The notes under the pieces are model-generated. The model saw only the letters and a list, made by a program, of their open reading frames with translations. It made no database searches and was not told the origin of the DNA. Positions 49,501-64,000 of a DNA stretch of 64,000 bases are shown here, piece by piece. The stretch is from Phoronis australis (taxonomy: Eukaryota > Animalia > Phoronida): positions 421,273 through 485,272 of the forward strand of contig NMRA01000205.1 in assembly GCA_002633005.1 (NCBI GenBank). Direction: 5' to 3'. Position 1 is the first letter of the stretch, and every line of letters starts with the position of its first letter. Made by a program: the position numbers and the translations under genes.

Positions 49501-52500
49501 AGAAAAGTAACACCATTATGTAAGTGAAGCATGTCTTACTCATTACAGAATAGTAGATATTGATGAGTACTCAATTTCACATTATCAATCTGAATAAAAA
49601 AATCAAATTGACAAGAGAGCTGCAGAAAACTCCCAACTTAAGGTAGGCTGGTACACAGGCAAATAGTCTCCTGCACATATCAGTTAAGCATAAACTCATG
49701 CAACTATATGCAAAACACTTAAAAATCTCTGCAAAAGGGGAACATTATTTCTGACATAGGCACATGCCTATGCAGGAATGCCTATTGACATGATTAATCA
49801 AGGTAAAAAATGAGCTAGCAATTTCTAACTTGGACAATATCATTCAAGCTTCAGAGCCATCACTTTTCAAGCTCATTGGAGTCTAACTTGCTGCTTGAAA
49901 TTTTCACATAACATTGCTTGAAAAAGTAATGTCAACTTTAACACACTTAAATATTAAACTTATAACCCCTTTGTGTTGACAAACTTAATAAATTACAATT
50001 TTACAAAAACTCAAAGTATAATGTCTATATAGTGAATATCCTCATACCTACCTCCATTTCTTGAACTTGATCTTGTAGAAGTAAGCACTTTTTCTCCAGT
50101 TCTTGCACTCTCGAATAATCTGAACTATCATCAGCTGAAATGATAAAATGATGCAGTTGAGATTTATGTACCTATCTACTATGAGTATACACAGTTAAAG
50201 TGGACTGTGGTAGACAAAACGAAGTACAGTATATTCCAGAGGCTGCTACAGGTCAGAAAATATTCCGATAACGGTTCGGCTACAGTTATCATCCTCGGTT
50301 CTCACAGTTTGCATCATAAGAAGCGCATAAAACTTATTTGTGCTTTTGTTTGGAAACTTTATAAAAAAACAACTGCTATTGATTTGAACATCAGCTTAGA
50401 AACAAGAATACAATGTTGAAATTTGTTTAACTATATTATTCGTTAGTTGGAGAAAAAGTTACAAAAAACAAATCTTCATGAAATCCATTCTTTGCTACAT
50501 CTAGTTACACCAGTCACTTAAGGCTACATTTCTGCCTGTTCAGCCGGCAAATGAACAAAAATCTATATCACGTAATATTCGTTATTGAGATAAGATTCCA
50601 TTTCGGATCCGTTATCAACAAGAACATCGATACCAGACAGATACTCAAGAAAATTGCTTCGAAGTTTATTTGAGGGATTGGCTAACTCTCAAATTTGCAA
50701 ATTCAAAAAGTCTATTGGGGTTAGCAGACCCTAAAATTTAGAATTCAAAAAACGAATAGGCACTCTAGAAGAAGCTTCCTTTAGTTTGTTGGTGTGAGCC
50801 AACCTTAAATTGCAAATTCAAAAATAGCTTGTGTAACAAAAAGAACCCTATCACAGTAAAGAATACTATGAGATCAGTTCTATATTAAAGTCTTTAACGG
50901 ACAGCATATGGCAGAGGTTCAGTGATTATAGATACCAGTTTACTTTCCTTAAGTCACAACACACTAAGGTCATATGTTAAACTGTAGAAATCAATATAGC
51001 TGTAATTCATTAAACAAGCAAATATCATATCATATCAACATAGCGACTAATTAATGAAAGCACTCTGAAGAGTGAAACTTGGCACAATCAAATAAAAGTT
51101 AAGAGGTGAGGTCGACGACGAAAATAAGAACATCAACAACCATGACCCCGACGCTTGAGAAGACCTATTCAAATAATAAATGTGAAAAGGTTCAGTTGAA
51201 GGAACGCATAGATAGAAATAGAAACAAAAAACAGAATCATGCACTTGTATGCAAAACATAAATGAGCAAGTTTCCTTGACAAAAAATATTTTTTCTCAAA
51301 GGTGCACATGGCCCTAAATGGAAACCTTTACCAAAAAGTTTAATCATATTGAACAACACTCAAGCTTGGCCATTGTTTCCTTTATTCCTGGCAGCACAGT
51401 TATCTCACAAAACTTTACTATGGTTAGTATGGTATCAATGGGACAGACATCTTTATGTTGGCACACTTGAGTGCATAACCTGCTACCTTGTAGGCACAGG
51501 ATGTGGGATATGTTTATTGCAGTTGTCAGTTGGTACAAAAACTATAGTTTTGCTCAGCTATGTTCCTGGTCAGCTTTATTCAAGCTTGCACAGTGGCTTT
51601 CCAAAAGAGCCATGTCGTGAACATGTCCACTAAAACAAGAAACTGTAGGAACACTGCATTTATCCACCTTCACTCTTATCAGGCTTCTATTGTGAGTCAG
51701 CATGCGTGAATAATTGGCTGATAAGCCACCTCTGGAACTACTTTTGGCTGAATGGATGACCAGGCCATAAAATGATAATTAGCCAAGACCAGTTACTATA
51801 ATGCAACAAAGAATAATGTCTTGCATCACCTAGCCTTGGTGGAAAGCTGTATACTGTATTGGCTCAAACAAACGCTTAGAAAAATTCATTTCACGGGGAG
51901 GGGACGCTTATTGTAGTGAGCCTACGGCAGTTGAAACCCGGTTTCCCAAACGGGTAAAATCGGAAGCTAGGATTCATCAAATTTACGCTCTGTGACGTAG
52001 TTGTAGCCTATGACAGCCTTTCTACAAAATTGTGGTGCATTGCTATCAACTTCCGTTGTTAAATTACGATAATTTTTCAAAAAATTGTGCTCATCACAGG
52101 GCGAAAACTTGCCGACTGATGCGTCGCTGAATCGCGATCGTCAATAGGAAAACTTGTACTCTTGAATAAAAATATAGTTTCGACTCAACAAATTACCTGA
52201 AATCTTCCTGATGTTTTACAATTTTTAAAGTTCCTGTGGAGTCCAGATTAATTGCGATTAAGTCCAAATGTGCGCTACATCGTACTCCACAACACGAGAA
52301 AAATCTCTGGATGAACACACATGTTGTTGTCACGTGACGTTTGTTTTGAAGGTCGTCTGCGTATGAGAGTGAGTGAGCGTGCGTGTGCGGGTCATCGACG
52401 ATAGACTTTTTTGTTACAAAAGGCGGAGGATTATGCAAGAAAATGGCGTTTACTAGATTGTTTTTCACTTAAACGGCTGCAACGTGCAAGGTGAGTGCTG

Positions 52501-55500
52501 GTTAACTCACAGATTTTGTGTGCACAGGCCGACTGTCGTTAGCTCTGCCGTGGAGTATTAATAGTCCAAGGCTACATGTTGGGGACGAGGTGAACTACAT
52601 GGGCTGTGTGAAATTTCTGGGTCTAACGGAGACACTGACGCAGTGGTCAGCCAGCTCGCTGTATCAAGACTATAGTCAAAATCCAAATTCGTTTTATCGT
52701 GTCCCTGTCAATAATAACGGCATGCTAAAGCCTTCTAGTAATTTTCGTACTTCAAGAACATAACAATCACGTATTTTGTACACATACGCGCACGCTGCAG
52801 ATCACATCTCAGAAATTGCCGATTTGACGGATGACAATGAATGAACACAATGAAATTAACAACGTCGTTTTACAGCTTGTAAGATTCATGATAAACGTAT
52901 TTTGAATATTGCAATGCATGTGTTCCAAAATCTAAATAACTTGGGTCCTATATTTTTGTATTAGTGCGCGCCGAATGAAAGTAATCGTGAGTGTTGCTAT
53001 GTTGCAAAATCTCTTATCCTGGGCCGATTTGAAAAATTCAAAGTTGTACTCATATTTGTTTTCGCTCTTCTTTTCAAATATTTCAGTAAAAACTACATAA
53101 AACTCTCTCCATAAAAAGTACAGTCTGCTAGCTAGATTGTAATCAGCTGATCATATCCGCATGAGCGAAGCCAATTATCCTCGATCGTGACTCGATGACT
53201 AGAGCAGTTTGGCGGCATCCCTTTGATCGTGAGCCGAGCGCGACTCAGCCAAGGTGGATAAATACGGTCTAGTTCAATTTTCCATACCCCACCGTTTACC
53301 TTAACCACTGGGGTTAGGACCAATTTTATTTAGTGGGAATGTTCATAGCATGCTAGCAAGGAATTCAATGCTGAAAAGATGGTTAGCCAATTAAAATTAT
53401 GCAAGATGGTTTGGCATGATTAACATTGGTCATCAGAAGTCTTTTTCAAGTAAACTGAGCAATGCATTTTGGGCTTGGTGGGGTAACTAGTCTGCATCGT
53501 GAAATTCTTCTGAAACTGGTATGCAATGTGAAAGCAGCTCTTTGTGAACCATGCTATATTAGTCATAAAATTGTCCCAGTTGGACTGTGTAAGTGAACAC
53601 AGCTTAACAAAAGGTTGATGGTCCTGGTTTAGGAGATAATCGTTTTATTACCCCCTATGGATGCTGAATTGCCAAGCCCATGGAATGGGTTTAGAAAGGG
53701 AAACGTGAAGTTACTTCAAGCTTGGAAAATTTCAGATAAGGCAACTGCTCTAAGTTTAAGCTTGACCTGAGTTACTGCACTAATTAGTTTACTCTCATAG
53801 ATTTATAATACCTTTGGTTTTCTCTAACAGCTTGACCTTCTCTTGTAAAACTTTGATCTTTTTGTCCTTTTCTATGATGTCTTTAGCTTGAAACTGGATG
53901 CGGCTCTCCAGTTGAGTGATTCTGGACATCATGGTGGACATCAGATCCAAATCTGAAGGAGCTATGAAGAAAACAAAAATTGCAATCATCAAAATATCCT
54001 CCCCTTTTTACGGATAGTACAAACCAATGTGCGTGAATCCAGAAAAGTCGGCCTTTTATGAAGAGAGAGCTGCAGCCAACGCCTTACAGTCATCTTTATT
54101 CCCCAGTCCTCAAATCCAATGGAAGATGATCACAAAAGCAAAATGTTTGTGATTTGTGCTATTCAGGACTGCATTCTGTTGACCCAAGACACTTGCAATG
54201 CATTTACAACATGAAGTTTTCCCGTATGGAATGTATACAGTCCTTTTCATAATTCAACATTCTAACCACACTGCACTGTCTGGCAAATCTAGGATGTCTA
54301 AATGAAGGACCCAAACATTGTTTTATGGACAAAATCTGCGTAACCCATGGCGTGCCAGTGGTGTTTGTTGGTATTGTCCATAGGGGGCCCGAGCCTGCCT
54401 ATGTGCTGAATATTACCAATTTACCACCAGGCAGCAGGTGGATTTTGAGGTAAACAAAGTGTCATCATGATTTTCGCTGTTCATGCAAAATATTTGTTTT
54501 CACCAGTGAGAAATATCCAGCCGCACAGTCATAATATTAAGTGGTGAATTTTTTATCCGATTGATTGGTTAAAACCTTTCTAAAACTACATGCATAGTTC
54601 AAAATAATGAAATTTTCTCAAGAAGGGCAGAACTCGTTAAAAATATGACTACAGGTATTCCAGTTTAAAGATAACTTTGGCAATGAAAACAATGGTATAA
54701 AAGCCCAAACTATAAGTAATGGTAGAACTCATCTGATAGTTTCTTAGTGTTTATTATGGAAGCCCAAAAAGTGCCAAAAAGCAGTATATCTGTGCACAAA
54801 GCAAGAATTGATCAAAAGATCAGTTTTATTATCAGACCTTACATAAACCCTGGTACCTCACTGATTATTAAGAGATTAACTTCTTCAATAAATATACCCA
54901 TGTTTGAGAAAAGACCAAATTTCCACTGATTTGTTCGAGACAGGATAAAATATCTCTCAATGAGTAACTAAAGTATTGAAAACATTACTTTACTTGATTT
55001 CCACAAATAGAGAGTTCCTCATGATGGAAAATACAGTCAACTGAATCAGATAATGATCAGATATTATACTGTTTATCTAATCTGATGGTACTGAACACAA
55101 CTCACAGCAGCTGGGCCTACATGTACCACACATGGTGTTATGGCACCACACACACACAACAACATGCAAGTTCTCAAGAATGCCATTCATTAAAATCCCT
55201 TGGTTTTCATCAGAGAAGCTAATAATAGTACATGTCAATATAATATGAAAAACTTGTAGAACAGCTTATATTCATTAAGCTCAAACCTGCAGAGAGATTA
55301 CCCAATCATTAATTCTGTGTGGTGTTCTGTAATCACTCACCAGGTGGCAATACCACTTGATAAATAAGTCAGCTCACTAAATACTGCCAAACAACATGTC
55401 GGGGAAATCGAAGTTTCGTTAGTCCGCTCAATGGACTGTATTAAATTGAATTGAAAAAATTCTAGGTAAGGGCAGTTACAAAAGTGATGTATATTCAGTT

Positions 55501-58500
55501 AACACACCTCGATTATCAGAAAAACATATTTAATTTATTTTGTGCAAAAGAAGTGGAGTATTGCTGTAACTACCGTAAACTCGCAGGCTTAAGCCCTGGG
55601 CGATTAAATTGGGAAAACCTTTAGCAGGAGGGTGGGCGATAAACCAAGCAGTGGGTGCTTAGGGGAAATTTGCAAAAAGTAGGGGATGGGCTATTACTCA
55701 AGCAGTGGGTGCTTAAAACCAAAAATTGACCAAAAGTTGGGGATGGGCAATTACACTGGCATGGGCGATGACCCGCGAGTTTACGGTAATCAATGTCCCG
55801 CAACAACAATTTTTCAATTCTTCCCAATCCCACAGATATAATTTCTGGAAGTCTAAGTAAAGTACAAGATGTGACCACTTTCTTAACTCATGGCATGAAA
55901 AGAATCCTAAACATTGAAACCCTCATCCTGGTGGAGACAGGGTAACTCACTGGTTTGTGTAGAAAAAATCTGATACAAAGACACTATGCAGTTGCCTCTG
56001 GACAGTCCACAGGCTGCTGATGTTATTGTTCACTATATAATTAGACCAATGGTAAACACACTGGGGTGATATATGTTTTCAAACTCCACAGAATATGTCC
56101 CAGTCAGTAAACCTATCCTGAACCACTGTGTCATTTTTATTCTATGGATAATGTTTTTTTTTTATTTTTGGACAATTAAATGAGAATGTAAAGTCTGAAT
56201 TTTTTTCAAATTTATTTCAGCAACCTGCAGACAGCCAACCAGTTTTTAGTTCACAAAATAAATGTTCTTGGTAACAGTCAATATTAACAATTAATATTTT
56301 TGCATTTTTTGTATTCATATCAATAATCAAAACACCATTCCAGTACAGAGCCATGATCTTTGAAAACCATAGTTTTGCTTCATGTTCTGGGACTGAACCC
56401 TCTGTTTGTTTTGTTTCTACCATGTTGAGTTAGCAGAGTGACCCAATTATTACAAATCCTTAAACCACAGACTGAAGGGGAGTGCACACTCTGTTTGTAT
56501 CAATGGGAAGTTTCACCACTAGAAGCTCAATATATTCCACATTCCACACCGAAGTTGCCATTTTGGCTTAATGGCATGATTAGGGGTGCGTGGGATACTA
56601 ATTGAGAAGTATTGCACTGGCAGTTATTATATTAAAAAACAGTAAGCTGGGTGACTTTGTGTGTATCTATAAAATTGCAGAACAATCTTTCATCGTTCTA
56701 ACTTGTTTTTAATAATCAGTTATGTTCACATGCAACAGCACTGCACCCGACCAACTGTAGTCTTCAATACGCAACTGTGATCTTTGCTCACTTGTACAAT
56801 AAAACAAACAGCATTAAAGCGATATGCGTTTTGCAACTACACACAGCGTCACGAAACAGACAAACTAATCAAGGAAAAAGAATCTAAAAAAACAGATTGC
56901 TGGGGGAGAATTTGACCTCGTGTTTCCTGACCGCCAGTGTAATGTGATTATTTTCTAAACCATGATGAGAAAGAAGACAGATTCAGTAAACAGTGCTGAC
57001 AAAGTTCTGGATATTATTAACTTCGTAGACAAAATATCAAACTTGAGGCCAGTGAAATGGGAAGGGATATTAAATGTCAAGAGTGAGAGAGGAAGAGAGA
57101 TTTGGGGAGAGAGGAGATGAAAAATGGGTCAAGAGGAAGAGACGGAGGGACAGTGGGACAATTGTGTGTGAGAATGTGGAGGGAGGTGCTTTGAGAGGGT
57201 TTGGGAGTTGCCGAAAGAGTGAGAGCAAAAGGACGTGAGGAAGAGAAAATATAGGTGAATGGGCAGGAATGGTAGGTGATAGAATGGAAAAGTGGGAGAA
57301 AAAATACAAAGCAGTAACTATTCAATACATTTACTGGCATTTAAATTATTCAACACGAACCCCATAAGACTAATTGCCTGACCATACTCTTACCAGAGGG
57401 TGTCTTTATTCCTTTTGGATCTCGCACCTTAGGGAGTCCGCCAGTTAGTGGATCACGTGGAGAGCCAGAGCGTTCCTTGGCGGCCATCATTTCCAACGTA
57501 ACTTGCTCAAGAAGACGCGACTCATCCTCTGCAAGTGCATCCAGAGAAAACATTGAACTATTCTATCACATTGGCACTAAACCATAACAGGGTTAAGGCT
57601 AGAAAGTTGTGTATTTTTGTCAAATGGAATGGTCTGATTCCGAGCTGCATACTATATTTTTTTAATTAGAAACCTAAGTTCAAATTAAGTAGGCCTCTGC
57701 ACAGAAGATATGCCATTCCCCCATTTCTTTCTGACCATTCCATTATTGGATCCATCCTTCCCATTTGAAGTTCCAGCCTTCCCATCCAAGGTCCATACGT
57801 CCTACTTTCTTTGATCCGTTACTGCGATTCAAAGTCTGTGTTTCCCACTCCGTACTCAAGCCAGCAACACTGATTCAAGCAATTGTCTTTTCATAAAGTG
57901 TGGAGAAAAAACCTCAGGACTCAAGACTTCAAAAATGTTTTAGTGCATTTCAAATATGTGATTCAATTTTTTTAAATAAGGCTCAAAGAGAATTAATTCT
58001 AACATACCGGTAAGTCTTGAGATTTTTTTAAAAGGCTCAAGGCTTTTCATACATATCTCAGAGAAGTCTTTATGTTAGAAGACTTGCAGGTTAGTGGAAG
58101 AACTTTTATGACACTGTGTTGTTAGATATGATGACAAAGATAAGCATGCAGAAACAGTACTGGGCCAGTCTTTTTATTTTCAGCTTCACATAGCAAATCA
58201 TACTTAGTTTGACAATGATGAAACTTTTGGATGTATCAACAACTGAAGGTATTTGAGCATCAGGAACCCCAAATGTACCCTTACTTGAAGTGTACGCCTT
58301 TAAGACAAGACACTAATTGAGTGAACATTCCCGAAACTGGACCCGAATAAACTGAAATTCAAAAAATATGCCCATGTTCAAAATCACACCCTAAATGCAT
58401 CGAATGCTGAAAAGTGACTCTTTCAATTGAAATTTTGTTGAAACATACGTACCAAAGTTTCTGGTGTCACTGCCTCCTGCATTATAACCCGACAGGGCAT

Positions 58501-61500
58501 TAGGTAAATCTTAATTTCTTTACTGAAATGAGTTCTTAAGTCAGATCTTCAGGCAAGAGAAATTAGTGCACAAGGAAGAACAAAGAAAGAAGCAAAATAA
58601 AGTTAAACTATGATCACTGCTTTCAATTATTGAAACTGACAGGTGATTTGTAAAACATGACATTGTTATTAGGCTACTCCATCAATTCATAAAAATGAAT
58701 CATGACGATGGCTGGGAATGGACAATTTGTTGTTAAATGTCAACAATGTATTCAGTTGACTCCCAAGTCATGCATATTAAAACCTACTAGCGCTATATCT
58801 GTGTAAGTAGCTACGTGCAGACAGAATGTACCGAAAGTCAGGAAAAAATTATTTAGCTACATAAGAAAGATGTTTCATAATCGGACACGGATGGCTAAAC
58901 TTGTACTGTTTTACTCAGAAATAAATTTTTGAACACCCGGACTACCACAAAAATGTAGAAAACCATATGCTTGAATAGCAGAAGCAATTCACCCACTCAC
59001 ATCGCAGCACAACAGTGCATAACGTGGGAGACAACTACGTCATTTCACAACAAAACAACAGTCCCATGCCACAGCGGAAATAGCCAAGCAAGTTATCCAA
59101 GAGATGATTTCGCCAAAAACATTTGTTTCCGTAAAATGTTAGGTGGCAACAGCATTCGGTTGAGTTCGCTCTCAAAATCTTAGTAAAATATTAGGCCCCT
59201 TGTAATAATGTACAAAATTATGCTAATTATGCTAGAACTGCACCTTAAGACATGAGAAATAGTTAACTCCACTACTGTCGAAGCTGCAGGACTGTTAGCT
59301 TTGGTTAAATGCCAAGTTGAGCATTACTGTTCCCATTAGCTTCAGTCAGAAAACTAGTTCAGTGAATTTACCACAAGGTGGTGCTTAAATATGATAGCCT
59401 TCACAAAAGGCAGTATGCTGTATGGCAGACATTCAGTAAACTTCATGTAAAGAATCCAACAAATACACAGATAACTTGAAAAGGAATGCTTATACTGCCA
59501 AAATAATTAATAATGTAATAAAACATTTCCAGTCACTGCTCGTGGTTGGCATTGAAACTTAAGTCCCCATTGTAGCGAAGCGTGGATACTTTGCCGATCC
59601 ACCTCTTTACTCCGGTGTTAACTTTGATTCAAAACCAAATTTACATAAGTGCACCGATTGACCCAAAATTTGGTAACACTGAAGCTTCAAAGCCTGAGTG
59701 GGAAAGACCTTTTAGATGATCCTCAGGTAATTAAATGTATTGTAAAAGGGGATATACTGGTTTTTTCTATTTTAGTACGCTATAGGAATGAAATTTAGTC
59801 AAATTTTATCATTGAATTTCAGTAAAATCTACTGACAGCAAGAAAATCATTAGCATGATTTTGTACAAAACAGTAGGTGGTTGCATAAAGGTCTCAAAAA
59901 GGACTCTCAAACTACATTCCTTAAATTTTTATTGCAGATGTGATTTGTGATTTTGTGTGAACATTATCCTTTCCTCTGCTATTTTATTTTTATTGCAAAG
60001 TCTATTATTACATTTGATACATGCCACGAATACCTGCCATAAGAACAATATGTTGAATGCTTAACATTATTGAAAATAATTCAAGAACTACCTTTCCGAT
60101 TTTCAAGGAAATGAGGACTCAGTTTTCAGATTAACAATTCAAAATGTTGCAGGTAAAAGAAGAAGCTTAGAACTAAAGATATACTGATAAAACGTAACAT
60201 AAATGAGTGAACATAATCTACAAATGCACAAAAGATTTAGGGAGCATCGTAGATCCCAGAAAGGCGAGTGCGCATGACAGAGGAAAAGCTACAATATGCC
60301 TCAAATGCATGTAATTAGCTCAGCTCATAGCTCATGTCAGAGGTAAAATGAACCGTGAGGATTTGGCCTAGCGAGGCGATGAGGTGAATGGCTCATTTGG
60401 TTGAAATTCTTTTACCTGCCAGTGGTGTGTGCAAATCCTCACAGCATGCGGTCGAGGTGAGCTAAGTAGTAATAACCGATTACCTTCCGCAGACAATGAA
60501 AATTAATTGTTGCATCACCTGACAACAACAAGTCTCTCTCTCAATGGCTCATTGTAATCGCTTGCACTACATTTTCACTGTTTATTAGGAACATAACGAC
60601 AGTGTCAGTGATCATTTTTGCTCGTCGTTTGTGCGAAACCCGCATCAACCTTTGAGTTGAGCAGTCACTTAAAGATGACAGCTCTGAGCTCGCAGCTTCT
60701 CGTCTGCACTTGCCTTTAGTTGCAACCGTTTCATACAACCAAATTTAACAACGGTTGCAGCTCAGATTTTTGGCTAAATCCCAAGAGAGCTTTGCAAAAA
60801 TTGAAAATTGGCAATTCCAGTGGAAACATCAGACTTTGAAAAACTCACAAAAGGGTCTTAGCCTAGTGGTTACACATACTGAAAATGAATTGATGGCAAA
60901 AGTCCAACTGTGGTACGTCTGACATGCTTACCGTAGTCTTAAAATCGCTCATCACCACAAAAGACAGGCAATCAGTCAAGCTCAGTAGCTGTCAGATATC
61001 AGACAAACAGATGAGTCAAACACAAAAACTAAGCTTCAAATTTAATTCATCATTATTATAATCGATTTATTTATACCCCCCAAACGTTGGAAGCTTTCGA
61101 AAATGAGGAAAGTCAAATCTCACTGAATTCGGACCTGAATAATTCACAGAATTGTAACTTTCCATTTTCCGAGAGCTTGTAATATTGTTGTGAAAAGTCC
61201 ACGGTTTTCCAAGTTATTGTCTGCAAGTACTTAAGGCAGCTGTGGTACACAAATTGAAAATGACAAAGCATCACTTTGGTACTACGTATCATTAATAAAA
61301 AAATGAAAAAATAAAATCTCACCAGTCCAGCATATTGTGTCTTAGATTGGTGAGATTTTAAGTAACTTGAAGAATTCAAACGATTGCATTTCAACCGATA
61401 TGCTATCACGTGAACTAAAAGTTCTACAATCAAGTAACTACCCAGCGACTCCAACATTGTCTTCTTGTGACGGTAATAGTCTTTAAGGTTGTGTAGGACC

Positions 61501-63205
61501 TTAGAAAAATTCCAAATTTGGCAAATTTCCGAACAATGTCTCAGAAATGAAACTTTCAGATACTCTGCTTTATACAAAGTTCTCCAATAAACTGATAATT
61601 ATTTTTAAAAATGCTCCACTATTGTATGAGGGGCTATAAAAATAGGACTTTAAGGATTTTCATAAAAAATCAAATGTTGAATAAGAAAATGAAATAATAT
61701 TTCAGAAAATTGTAAAAGCGTTCTTGAAATTTCATCTTGAACATTTATATCAAATGAAACTTGGTATTTTGTTGATAACCGTTGTTTTACTATCAATGTA
61801 CCTTTCTTTCTTTCGCCAAAAATATATGGTCACATGACCCAATATACAACAAAACATTTTAAAATGATAAAAATTAAATTCTAAAGATTTTCTGCAATCA
61901 AAAATATATACTTTTAGTTAGTTAATATCTACTGCTTTATAAATACTTAATAGCTAAATGAATAGACATGTCGATAAGGTCCTAAATGTTCTTAGATGAA
62001 CTAAAAACAGTGGACAAAATGTACAATGCGCAATTTTTTTCACATTGATAATTAACTTCAGGATCTTTTAAAAATATAAAATTTTGAAAATTGCTTCCAC
62101 ACAAATGCAGAAAACTGAATTTTCTGATTTAAGGATAACTCAAACCATATTCACAAAAATTGGCCATTTTTACAATATTTTACATGTCTGTCAAAATAAC
62201 TTATCTACATTCTCGGGAGAACTCAAAATACGAAATATATACCACGTAGGAAGAAAAAAAGATTTAGCAGAACCATCTTGAAACGGCACAACTGCTTTAA
62301 ATTTGTTTACTACATATCCGACGTTAAACGTTACTTAGGGCTGTCACTCAAATTGAATCTCCCGCCAGGCACAGAGCAGCTCTGTATGTACTCTAAGTCC
62401 TTTCATTTACTGAGTCGCCATAATATTGCATCAAGGACGTGTACATATGATAGAAAGATGCCATGGAAAATGAAGGCAAAACATAGCTTTCATCCTAAGG
62501 GGGTTGTATCTCTGCATGCATACCACCATTGAGAACGAATGCTGTGAATTGCGTCACGCCCCTGTGACTTAATGTTCACAAACACAGAAGTTGTGAAACG
62601 AGATAAATCTTTACACAATTCCTTAATTTGGGTAATTTTATATTTCGCTGTTTCAAGCTCAACCACAGACCCCATTTCTTTATTAATTTCTTACTTGGGT
62701 TTCATATAGTCTCCAAGCAAGTGGTGTGTCTAAAAATGAGCTACTGACTTACTTTAAAGAGGACCATAGAGCACTAGCTTGACCCATGACCTATATGGAC
62801 TCGCTAGATGGTGCAAAATACATTGAATCTATCCAAAAACCGGAACATGTCATCGTTCCTTATTAGACAGCTATTACCAAATTTCATAGAAATCTGTCAA
62901 GGAACTTCAGAGAAACAGAAGAAAATAGAGAAAATAAAATGGTCACTAGGGGTCACAGTGTTCGTCAGGTCCGTCTGAAAGTCGTCGTCGTCGTCCGTAA
63001 AGTCAACTTCATATAAAAACACTTGGTAAATTTAATAAAGTTCCTGCAGTGGATTTAGGAGATACAGCTATGGGTGCAAAAAAAAACAAAACTGACACCA
63101 GGAGCATTCATTGCTATCATTTTGATGTCACAAATCTACTATCAACAATAAGACTTACCCGAATACTCAGGGTGTCGAAACGGAACATAGCTTTGCCTTT
63201 GACTT
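40580..63205 (-). CDS. UBXN11: UBXN11 (UBX domain protein 11 / Socius; coiled coil + SEP + UBX), 12 coding exons; first exon lies beyond the right edge
   Basis: Frame-consistent GT-AG exons 63205-63159, 57528-57394, 53961-53812, 50134-50052, 48501-48336, 47665-47532, 46623-46456, 45394-45211, 44097-43994, 43577-43507, 42624-42478 and 40709-40580 (TGA 40582-40580). Motifs FLADYGMVWVGE, VDFDLVVENIKELN, LTLYANGIVMFSGPFRPY...LMDGYFPSELQQRYPDGIPF, FLNRLPASVIKQGKIIDIR and SAFPNRTY...TLEECGLTPNAAL match recalled UBXN11. Confidence 0.95.
44143..44300. mobile_element. MITE with 5-bp TSD (hAT5-like) in a UBXN11 intron
   Basis: CAGGGGCGGATCC...AAATCCACCACTG is flanked by AATTC on both sides. It is inverted relative to the 7700 copy. 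Confidence 0.8.
49052..49379. mobile_element. Tc1/mariner-type MITE
   Basis: TIR CAGGGTGTCCCAA / TTGGGACACCCTG, with TA on the right flank and CA on the left. Confidence 0.65.
55573..55786. mobile_element. Tc1/pogo-type MITE with TA TSD
   Basis: TA|CCGTAAACTCGC ... GCGAGTTTACGG|TA, with internal repeated CAAGCAGTGGGTGCTTA units. Confidence 0.8.
57055..57305. repeat. Purine-rich (GA) low-complexity tract in a UBXN11 intron
   Basis: Strong G/A bias on the plus strand just downstream (in gene sense) of exon 57528-57394. Confidence 0.6.
61487..61995. mobile_element. Diverged inverted copy of the 1347-1877 MITE family
   Basis: Begins after TTAA with GGTTGTGTAGGACC. Internal tracts (TTCATCTTGAACATTTATAT, ATGTACCTT, GTCGATAAGGTCC) are reverse complements of tracts in 1347-1620. 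Confidence 0.6.
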
Positions 63206-64000
63206 CTAAAAAGAAATACTAACAATAGAAAGGAAATCTATTAAGACACCAGAATTCAGAAACTGGGTCTAAAACATTACACACAAAAGTCTAATGTCAG
63301 TTTTATGCTTCAAGTGCACCTATGCTATACACAACCGTTAGGCCTTCATGTGTGATCAAAAAGAACCCTAGAAAACAACTTCCGTAGAACAAATTCGCAA
63401 AATACATTTTGAATCCACTTTTTGAGTACCCAAAACATTGCCACACACTGTGACAAAAGTTCTCCATGTGACCGTTGTTCTTTTTTGAGTTACGGCATGT
63501 TGAATGTACCCCTTGAATTGCCAAAGAGTGAAACCTTGAACTTTTTTCCATTTGTGTATTAGATTTTAAGATAAAATAAAACATCGAGTGTGGGTTTGAA
63601 TGCATTTGTGTACAGAAAAGTTGATAATATACATCGTATCAAACCTAAAGATCAAAACATCTAACCACATGATGTAATGTAAATGCTCACATTTTCACAA
63701 AACTAAACAGATTATCTGCTTTTAGTTTTCCATGTCACCAACACATACATGTTTCAGATTACTTTTACAAACAGAATATATGTGTTGACAAATTCAAGGA
63801 ATTTAAAAAAGTTATCTTTTAAAGATTTGTCACAAGGAAGGTTTGAAAATTCACACCCAGCAAGAAATTGCCAAATATTACGTAACAGTTCCAAGAGGTT
63901 AATTAATTATGTGCATACAATGTATTCCAATACTTTTTTCTACTCTGTTGTGCGGCACAGCATCACTGTACAAATATCCATGTATAAAACAAAAGCCTCA

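Noticed and set aside
57529-57553. ATG of ORF MFSLDALAEDES as the UBXN11 start
   Set aside because: This stretch reads as a pyrimidine-rich tract plus acceptor (ttttctctggatgcacttgcag), and an upstream in-frame exon exists at 63205-63159.
58285-58297. Possible 13-nt UBXN11 microexon (ttaaag|GCGTACACTTCAA|gtaagg on minus)
   Set aside because: It is not needed: exon 63205-63159 splices in frame directly to a good acceptor at 57528. There is no homology support without RNA-seq.

Overview
This is AT-rich, intron-containing animal genomic DNA, probably from a marine invertebrate bilaterian; that placement is inferred from gene content and transposon types only. It has two N-gaps (22349-22385 and 33416-33756). 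Five protein-coding genes can be reconstructed by hand from GT-AG junctions and frame continuity: the 5' end of TRAPPC10 (minus, runs off the left edge); a complete 6-exon NOL7-like gene (plus, head-to-head with TRAPPC10); a probably GPI-anchored Ly6/uPAR (three-finger, Quiver-like) gene (minus, first exon not found); a single-coding-exon TTLL2 (plus); and 12 exons of UBXN11 (minus, start off the right edge). Introns and intergenic DNA are full of non-autonomous DNA transposons, several with readable target-site duplications (TSDs), plus LINE and SINE relics and tandem repeats. The most notable items are a 1.6 kb TTAA-flanked Kolobok-type element retaining convergent THAP and KolX-like gene relics, an atypical three-finger protein, a hairpin insertion flanked by a 15-bp direct repeat, and decayed tandem copies of part of a UBXN11 exon. 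I found no evidence of a prokaryotic-type system or a wholly new multi-gene system. All protein identities rest on recalled motifs, not on database searches.
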